Part shown: positions 54,436-64,000 of the stretch, in pieces
Layout of the letters: the number at the start of each line of letters is the position of its first letter
How positions within the stretch are numbered: the stretch's first letter is position 1
Notes under the pieces: model-generated
Told to the model about the DNA's origin: nothing
What the model saw: only the letters and a program-made list of their open reading frames with translations
The model's database searches: none
Made by a program: the position numbers and the translations under genes
From: Anaeramoeba ignava BMAN
Lineage: Eukaryota > Protista > Anaeramoebae
Length of the DNA: 64,000 nucleotides
Reading direction: 5' to 3'
Assembly: GCA_028826165.1 (NCBI GenBank)
Contig: JAPDFW010000014.1
Location: forward strand, 16,475 to 80,474

Positions 54436-57400
54436 ATGACATTATTTCAATCAAATTTTTTTTATATTTCAGAAAATATTTCAACAAATCCAAAAAAACT
54501 TTTTAATATTTTAATTCAAAATGGAGGAAAAGTATTAGAAGATTTTAATGAAAATGCATTTATAATTTCAGAAATTGATCCAAATGTTTATTAATAAAAA
54601 ATAAAAAAGAAAAAAGAAAAAAAATTTAATTTAAAATTTAATTTAAAATTTAAAATTTAAAAACAAAAGAAATTTAATCAATATCCTTCAAATCTTATTA
54701 CACCTAATTTTATTTATGAATCTATTTCTCTCAGTAAAAAAATTATGAAATTAAATCATCCATTTCATTCTTATTGTTTAAATGGAGAAAATATATATTT
54801 TAACAATTTATCGACTAATAAACATGTAAATAATTAAATTATAAATAAAATTATAAATAAAATTATAAATTAAATTATAAATTAAATTATAAATAAAATT
54901 ATAAATAAAATTATAAATTAAATTATAAATAAAATTATAAATTAAATTATAAATAAAATTATAAATTAAATTATAAATTAAATTATAAATTAAATTATAA
55001 ATTAAATTATAAATTAAATTATAAATTAAATTATAAAATTATAAATAAAAATTATAAATTAAATTATAAATTATAAAATAAAATTATAAATCAAAATTAT
55101 GTAAATTAAATTATAAATTAAATTATAAATTAAATTATAAATAAAATTATAAATTAAATTTATAAATAAAAATTATAAATAAAAATTATAAATAAAATTA
55201 TAAATAAAAATTATAAAAAATAAAAATATAAATATAAATTAAAATTAAAAAATAAAAATTATAAATAAAATTAAAATTAAATTATAAATTAAAATTATAA
55301 ATTAAATTATAAATAAAAATATATAAAAAAATTATAAAATTAAAATTATAAATTAAATTATAAATAAAATTATAAATTAAATTATAAATTAAATTATAAA
55401 TAAATTATAAATTAAATTATATAAATTAAAATTATAAATTAAATTATAAAATAAAATTATAAATTAAATAAATTATAAATTAAAATTATAAATTAAATTA
55501 TAAATAAAAATATATAAAAATTAAAATTATAAATAAAATTATAAATAAAATTATAAATAAAATTATAAATAAATTAAAATAAAATTATAAATAAAAATAT
55601 ATAAATTAAATTATAAACAAAAATTATAAATAAAAATTATAAATTAAAATATAAAAAAAATTATAAAATAAAAATTATAAATTAAAATTATAAATAAAAT
55701 TATAAATTAAAATTATAAATTAAATATATATAAAATTAAAATTATAAATTATAAAATTAAATTATAAATTAAAATAAAAAATTATAAATTAAAATTATAA
55801 ATAAAATTATAAATAAATAAAATTATAAATAAAATTATAAATAAAATAAATCATAAAAATAAAATTATAAAATTAAAATAAAATAAAAAAATATAAAAAA
55901 AATTATAAATAAAATTATAAATAAAATCAAATTATATAATTAAAATTATAAAATTAAATTATAAATTAAATTATAAAATAAAATTATAAATAAAAATATA
56001 AATAAAATATAAATTAAATATAAATAACAAAATTATAAATAAAATTATAAAAATAAAATAAATAAAATTATAAATAAAATTATAAATAAAATTATAAATA
56101 AAATTATAAAATAAAAATTATAAATAAAATTATAAATTAAATTATAAATTAAATTAGTATAAATAAAATTATAAATTAAATTAAAATAAAATTATAAAAT
56201 AAAATTATAAAATAAAATTATAAATAAAAATTATAAATAAAATTATAAATAAAAAAATAAATAAAATTAAAAAAATTATAAAAAAAAATTATAAAATAAA
56301 TTATAAAATGTATAAAATAAAATTATAAATTAAATTATAAATTAAAACATATAAATAAAATTATAAAATAAAAATTATAAAAAAATTATAAATAAAATTA
56401 TAAAAAAAAATTATAAATAAAAATATAAATTAAAAATATAAAATTAAATTTATAAAAATTAAATTATAAATTAAATTATAAATTAAAATTATAAAGAAAA
56501 ATTATAAATTAAATTATAAATTAAATTATAAATAAAATTATAAATAAAATTATAAAATAAAATTATAAAAAATTAAAATAAAATAAAAAAAAATATAAAT
56601 TAAAATATAAATTAAAAATATAAATTAAAAATTAAAATAAAATAAAATTATAAAAATAAAATTATAAATTAAAATTATAAATATAAAAATATAAATAAAA
56701 TTATAAATTAAATTATAAATAAAATTATAAATTAAATTATAAACAAAAATTATAAATTAAAATTATAAATTAAATTATAAATTTAAATTATAAATTTAAA
56801 TTATAAATAAAATTATAAATTAAATTATAAATTAAATTATAAATAAAAATTATAAATTAAATTATAAATTAAATTATAAATAAAATTATAAATTAAATTA
56901 TAAATAAAATTATATTAAAAAAAAATATAAATAAAATTATAAATTAAAATTATAAAAATAAAAATATAAATTAAATTATAAATAAAAATTATAAATAAAA
57001 TTATAAATAAAATTATAAATTAAATTATATAAATAAAATTATAAATATAAATTAAAAATAAAATTAAAATTATAAATAAAAATTATATAAATTAAATTAT
57101 AAATTAAAATTATAAATTAAAATTATAAATTAAATTATAAATAAAAATTATAAATAAAATTATAAATAAAATTATAAAATAAATTAAAAATAAAATAATA
57201 AATAAAATAATAAAATTATAAATAAAATTATAAACAAAAATAATATATAAATTAAATTATAAATTTAAATTATAAATTAAATTATAAATTAAAATCTACT
57301 ATAAATTAAATTATAAATTAAATTATATAAATAAATTATAAATTAAAATTATAAATAAAAATTATAAATTAAATTATAAATTAAAATTATAAAAAAAATT

Positions 57401-60400
57401 ATAAATTAAATTATAAAAAAAAAATTATAAATAAAATTATAAATTAAATTATAAAATAAAATTATAAATTAAAAATAAAATTATAAATAAAATTATAAAA
57501 TAAAATTATAAATTAAATTATAAATTAAATAAAATAAAATATAAATAAAATTATAAATAAAATTATAAATAAAATTATAAATTAAATTATAAATTAAATT
57601 ATAAATAAAATTATAAATTAAATTATAAATTAAATTATAAATAAAATTATAAATAAAATTATAAATTAAATTATAAATTAAATTATAAATAAAATTATAA
57701 ATAAAATTATAAATAAAATTAAAAATTTAAAGAAAAAAATTCTGTTTCAAATTCTTTGTATGAATGGTCAATATTCTACAGAAATTACTCCACAAGTTAC
57801 ACATATAATTATTGATATAAGTGAAGAAAATAGACAAATCATTAATGATCCAAGAGTTATTGATATTGAATGGATTGAACAATGTTGGAATAATCATAGA
57901 AACATTAAATCAATTATTTTCCCACAATTTTCAAAATGTTGCATTTCAACAACTGGATTTTCTGAAGAAGAAACAAAAAATATTGAAAATTTGATTAATA
58001 AATTTTCAGGAGAAATACATTCTGCTTTTATAAAAAAAACCACACATCTTATAACAAAAATATCCTTTATAAAACAATTTATATATTTATAATTATATTT
58101 TATATTTATATTTTATATTTATATTTATATTTATATTTATATTTATATTTATACTTATAATTAGATTTATATTTATATTTATATTTATATTTATATTTAT
58201 ATTTATATTTATATTTATATTTATATTTATATTTATATTTATATTTATATTTATATTTAGATTTAGATTTTATTTATATTTATAATTAGTTTCATTTTTC
58301 CTTGACTGTTAATAATTTTTTTTATTAATATTATTGATAATAATACATATTTAAAGGTTCAAAATATGAATCAGCAATTAGACAGAAAAAAACTATTGTT
58401 ACAATTGATTGGTTGAGAAAAATGATTTTATTAACAGGTAATTTAAATATTTATATATATTTATATAGTTATATTTATATTTAAATTTTTAGAAAGAAAT
58501 CAATTTTTCCGAAATTGTATATTTTATTTTGATCCTAATTCTATTAAAAGTTCAATCATTTCAATTCTTAAAGAAAATGTTTTGAAATTTGGTGGAATAT
58601 ATTTAGATAATTTTAATAATCAAGTTACTCATTTAATTATTCAAAGAACTGATGGAGAATATTATTATCAACCTGAATGGAGTGAAAATTCTAAAATTAT
58701 TGATATTGAATGGATAAATGAATGTCTCAGAAAAAAAAAACTTGTAAATATATCAAATTTCTCCATTTTTCCAACAAATTTAACAGAAGAATCAAGTTTT
58801 AGATCAAGTTTAACAACAAATCAAAATGTATTAAGTAATGAAATTTCAAGTGATTCAAAAATTTCACAAAATTCAAGAACAAATTCAATTGCTATTGATG
58901 ATATTTATAAAAGAAAATCAAAATCATTTAATAAAAAGAAAAGAGATTCAAATATTGATATTGATATTGAATTTGGAAATCAAAATCAAAATCAAAATCA
59001 AGATCAACAAATCAAAAGACAAAAACAAAGAAAACAACAGAAAAATACAGAAAAAGAAATTATTCCAAAATCAATTCCAATTAATAATCTTAAAAATCCT
59101 GAAATTTCAATTAGTCTAAATAGAAACATAGAAAATATTTCAATAGAAAATGAAAAAGAAATTTCAAAATTAAATTTATCAGCAAATTATCAACAAAATA
59201 CTTTAGAATATATTGAAAAACAAAATGAAATATCAGGACTTAATTACGAACCTTATGAAGCAAATAATTTATTTCAAGGAATCTCTTTTGTGTTTGTTCA
59301 AGTAACAAAAAAAGATGAAGAAGATTGTTCTAAACTTATTAAAGAACATGGAGGAAAAATAGAAGATAAAATCACAAATGAAACCAAATACATTTTAGTA
59401 TCACATGGAGCAAATATATTGATAAGTGAAAAATTTTAGAGAAACATATGAAGAAATATTAGTTTCTAAAAATTGGTTAGAAAAGATGTTGTTTTAAAAC
59501 ATTGATTTATAATCCAAGAGAATATTGTATTTTCAAACCTTTAAAAAGCTATTCCATTTGAATTTATGAAACAATTCCGAATATCTTTATCAGGATTTAA
59601 AAAACAAATGAAAATTAAAAATAAATACATTATCAAACAACTTGGAGCAAAATTTACAGGAACATTATCAAGAAAAATACACATTTGATTTGCAGAGAGA
59701 AGCTAAAGGGAATAAATACAAAAAGCAATTTTATGGGGAATCAAAATTCAAATGAAAATGGCTTTGTTTATATTGCAGAAAGTGGAGAATATTTAAATGA
59801 AAATGATTTTTATTTTTAATCAAGAAAGAAAAATCAAATTTAAATACAAATACAAATACAAATACAAATTCAAATCAAAAACTGAAATTGATCTTTTTGA
59901 ATTAGATTCAACTCCTCAAAAATTCGAAATTTCAAACATTAGAATATTCTAAACCAAGAAATTCAATAAAATCAATAAATAGTGATTTTAGTTCACCTTT
60001 ATATCGCAAAAAAATAACAGATAGTAAATTATTCAGAAAGTAATTCTGATATAAGTTATAGTTTAGATACAGATGCATATAATTATGAAGTTGATGAGTT
60101 TTTAGATGATACTCAAGAACAATTTATATTTTATATTCTTTCAAAAACCAAAAATAAACTCAGATTAAAAGAAATTGTTTCTTCAACATTGAATTCAGCA
60201 TGTTGTGAAAAGATTAATATCAGATGTTACTCATGTGATTTATTCAAAAGAAGATGAAGAAAAGTGAAGAATATAAAGAAGCATTATCTTTGAAAAAGAT
60301 TCTTGTTAAAGATGAAGATGTTTATGAATTTTTGATGATCCAATTAAACTTACAAATTTTTTGAAATCAAATCGAAAAATTCAAATGAAAAACATCAAGT

Positions 60401-61048
60401 TATAAAAATCACCAATATTAGTTATTCAACAAATTTTGGAGGTTTAAAACAATTACAAAACTCAGAAAAATTTAAGCATGAATTATCAAATGAAAATACA
60501 CCATTATCAATTAAGAAAATAACAAATTCAAAAATAAATTTAAAAATACAAATTCAAAAATCCAAATTCAAAAATCCAAATTCAAAAATCCAAATTCATT
60601 TCAAAACTATAATTTCACCTTGTAAAATTGTTTCACCAACAACAACATCTCCAAAAATAATTTGGAAATTATTGATGTTTTATTTTCTAAACAAAAGTCC
60701 ATCTCATAAAGTTAAAGAAAAATATTTAGAAAATTTAGAAAATTCAAAACAAAATCAATTTAGAAGATCAGATTTAAAATATTTTTCACAATTTTATGAT
60801 AATTCACAAGTTGAAAAATGATTTAAAAACAGAATCAAAAAGAAAAATGAAAATGAAAATGAAAAATGAAAAATGAAAAAGAAAATGAAATGAAAATGAT
60901 GATGATGAACCAAATCCAATTGTTATTTTGGGAAAATAGTAATCAAGAAAATGGAAAAATATTCAAACTTTTTCTTCAAATGATAGTGATGTTGATTTAT
61001 TTAAAATTAATGGAAGTGGATCAAAACATTTATAGAAGCATATCATAA
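54436..61048 (+). CDS. TOPBP1: Multi-BRCT replication/checkpoint scaffold, TOPBP1/Cut5/Dpb11-like; 3' part frameshifted and end approximate
   Basis: BRCT signatures in TOPBP1 order: NGG.., HPFHSYCLNG..MNGQYSTEITPQVTHII..IEWIEQCW, FSKCCISTTGF..THLITK|IFKGSKYESA..IVTIDWL, FGG..VTHLII..IEWINECL, LFQGISF..HGG, RISLSGF..LGAKFTGTLSRK..THLIC..GNKY. Confidence 0.78.
54830..57720. repeat. 12-bp (AAATTATAAATW)n array filling the 2.9-kb intron 2 of the TOPBP1-like gene
   Basis: Seen directly between the GT at 54826 and the AG at 57731-57732. Confidence 0.92.
58060..58346 (+). other. U12-type AT-AC spliceosomal intron (287 nt)
   Basis: Donor ATATCCTTT at 58060, branch TTCCTTGAC at 58298-58306, acceptor AC at 58345-58346. 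Phase-0 removal restores the BRCT motif. Confidence 0.88.
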
Positions 61049-61155
61049 AATGAAAAATAAAAGATTTTAAAAATAAAAATAAAATTAATTAAATAAAATT
61101 ATAATAAAAATTTTTCATTTTTCATTTTATTTTTCATTTTATTTTTCATTTTTTT

Positions 61156-62589
61156 ATGTCAAAATCAAATTCAAAATCAAATTCAAATTCAATAGAAAAT
61201 GAAAAGAATTTTTCTTTTTGAATCAATTTCAAATGAAGATTCAAATTCAGATTCAAATTCAAATTCAAATTCAGATGAAAATTTAAATCAAAATCAAAAT
61301 CAAAATCAATTTATTACAAAGTACAATGTTTATCAGTCAAAATCAAAATAAAATAAAAAAACATTCAAAAACAAAAAGATCCATTTTATCATTCAGATTC
61401 AGAAACAGAAACAGAAACAAATTCAAATTCAGATTCAGATTCAAATTTAAATTTAAATGAAAATTCAATTTTTATAAAAAAACAAAATCAAGAATCAGAA
61501 GAATTATTAGATAGTATTTATCAAAAAGTTTTTAAATAAAAATGAATTAACAAAAGAAGATATTAATGAAAATTATGAATTATTTAATCAAGAAATTGAA
61601 TCTCAAACAAAACAAATTGAAAGAAAATTGAAGTATAAAAAATTTTTAGATTCAACAATAGAAATAAATTCAGAAAATCAAAATCAAAATCAAAAATCAA
61701 AAATGAAGATTTAATAAATTTTAATGATAATTTTTCAAATTCAATCCAAATCCAAATATAAAAACAAGAAATTGAAGAATTTAGAAAAGAACTTGAAAAA
61801 ATACAAATTGAAAAAAACAAAATATTATCAAAAATTAAAAGAACAGAAGAAAAAAAGAAAGAATATGATAAAATCAAAAATGTTTTGGGAAAATAATTTA
61901 GATTTTCAATATCAAAAATACAAGAAGATGAACTAGTTTCTTTAAAAATAAATTTGAAAATGCAAAAGAATCACTTTCAGAATTTGAAAATTTAAATATT
62001 TTGATATTGTTTTTAAATTGAATTTTGATAATAAATTGCAAGTATAAATGATTTACAGGAAATTATCACAAAATGGAGTTAGTTGGCAAGAAATTAATAC
62101 AGCTTGGGAGATTAACAACATTATTTCATTAGCTAAAAATTAAATTATATGAATTTATTAAGTAACTTTTTAAAAAGCAAAAAGCAAAAATTATGGAACA
62201 AAAATTTATTCTTTTTTTTCAAAACAAAATTTATTTATTTAGTTATCAAATTATTCCCTTTTGGGAAAAATCTTATATTCAAAAACCACAAAAAGAAATT
62301 AAACCTCTTTATAAAGTTGATCAGATTTGGGGAAATCTAATCCTTTTGAAGAAGGAAATGGTTTTGGTTTTATTGAATGTGTTGATGAATTGGGAAATTT
62401 TTGAAAAAAAAAAATTCAAAATTTAAATTTGAATTTTTAATTAAAGGAAATTATATTGGAAATAAAAACAATTAAAGATGTAAAAATATGAAGAATGGAC
62501 AAAAGCACCAGTTATATTTTAAAAATTTACAACAAATTTCTAATTGGCATTCAAATTATAGAGAAATGAACAAATCTTATAAAAATTAA
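61156..62589 (+). CDS. ATG6: Beclin-1/ATG6/Vps30; many frameshifts in this assembly, probable intron about 62162-62242
   Basis: Coiled coil followed by BARA-domain fragments IASIN.., GVSWQEINTAWG, YQIIPF..KSYIQ..PLY, FIECV, EEWTKA..LKNL. These match Beclin VEWNEINAAWG and EEQWTKALK. Confidence 0.8.
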
Positions 62590-64000
62590 AATCAAATTAA
62601 AATCAAATTAAAATAAAAATTAAAATTAAAAATTAAATCAAAATCAAATTAAAATCCCAAAATCAAATTAAAATCAATCAAATTAAAATCAAAAATTAAA
62701 AATCCAAAATTAAAATCAAAATTAAATTAAAATTAAAAAAAAAAATTAAAATCAAAATAAATAAAAATAAAATTATTTCCAAATTCAAAATCAAAAATCA
62801 TTTTTCATTTTTAATTTTAAAAATAGATAATTGATTGAGATGTTTTAAAAGAAAATGAAATATTCATAGATATTTAAAAAAAAATTGTCACATTTATTTA
62901 AATTATTATTAAAAATTTAGATATTTATTTAATGAATGTATTTAAATTTAAATGATTTTTATTATTTATAGTTTTCAGTCATTATTTATGAAGATTAGAT
63001 AGAAAATTTTAATAAAATTATTTATAAGAAATAATTAAATGAATAATAATATCTAAAATTTATTAATATAAATTTTTAAATTATAATTAAATTAATTGAA
63101 TTTCTAAATATTATTTAAAAATCTTTTTGACGGATTTTTCCATTTTTCGTTAAAATAATGCAAGCACCATAACAAAAATCTTTTTGATTGATTTTTCCAT
63201 TTTTCAGGTTAAAATTTTACTTTGACACGCGAAAAATCTTTAATGAATTTTCAGAAAAGATAATTATAATTATTTTGTTATTTATGCTATTGCTGTTATT
63301 TCAAAGTAATTTTATTTGGAAAAAGAAAAAGAAATAAACCAAGAAATAGAAATAAAAGAAAAAGAAAGAAAAGAAAAAGAAAAAGAAAAGAAATAGAAAC
63401 AAATGGGAATGAAAATGAAACATTTAAACCAGTTAATATTACTAAATCGAACTTTGGCAAAAGATCCGCTGAAGATTTACCAACTAATTTAGTAACTCAT
63501 ATATAACATAAGATCGCTAATATCGTTCAATTTTTGTTTCGCAAAATAAATTGGTCAACTTAATAAACCACGTTCGATTTAAAATATCAAACGCCGAAGA
63601 TTTTTCAAATTTAAATTGTCAAAAAAGAAAAATGTTATTATGTTTAAACAAATATTGAAGCATAAGGAAAAACCAGAAGAACCTTAGTATTGTTTTATAT
63701 TGAGGTTCCAAGGTTTGAATTCCACATTCATCATGCATTAGTTTTGATTATTCAGCGAAAAATTTGGTGTGTACGAATGAAGCTTTTTCAAAACTGGCAA
63801 AAATTATACAATTATGAGAAGACAAGATCACAGAAGATTCAAGAGACTGATATGGAAGGAAGAACTTGGATCGAGTCTCAACAACGAAATGGGATCCCAA
63901 AAACAAATACAGCAAGATATTGAAGTGGTAGCGAAAAAGAGTTTTTTGGTTGAATGTTGGGAATTTAGACCAAATACTTTAGTTGATAATACAGTTATTA

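Noticed and set aside
54681-54688. Second ATATCCTT as a U12 donor
   Set aside because: It lies within an open exon (QYPS codons) bounded by normal AG and GT sites, with no matching branch motif.
59440-62589. Pseudogenisation of the TOPBP1-like gene and ATG6
   Set aside because: Dense indels span two adjacent conserved genes while residue motifs persist, which fits a poorly polished segment better.

Overview
Extremely AT-rich, intron-rich eukaryotic (protist) genomic DNA. The style (BTB-TLDc expansion, NQ-repeat linkers, microsatellite-filled introns) resembles the anaerobic metamonad Anaeramoeba, but that assignment is my unverified inference. Splicing exons by hand gives about 19 genes: formate-tetrahydrofolate ligase, BUD31, a tandem-CH/coiled-coil protein, PRP39, an intronless 14-blade beta-propeller surface protein, proteasome alpha subunit PSMA1, ICMT, three BTB-TLDc genes around dynactin p62, six tandem ATG1/ULK-like kinase-SH3 genes (four with catalytic-motif lesions), a TOPBP1-like multi-BRCT gene and Beclin-1/ATG6. 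Most short ORFs in the supplied track (ILIL, NFNF, KIKI) are microsatellite artefacts. The top finding is an apparent U12-type (minor spliceosome) AT-AC intron at 58060-58346 in the TOPBP1-like gene. It has an ATATCCTTT donor, a TTCCTTGAC branch site and an AC acceptor, and removing it restores a BRCT domain in frame. Other findings are the kinase/pseudokinase-SH3 array, mosaic BTB-TLDc paralogues, a shared TTTTCATTTT initiator-like element, nucleosome-length satellites upstream of genes and a dispersed TTTATCCGATTT motif. Several single-base frameshifts in homopolymers, and the region from about 59.4 kb to the end, look like consensus errors.
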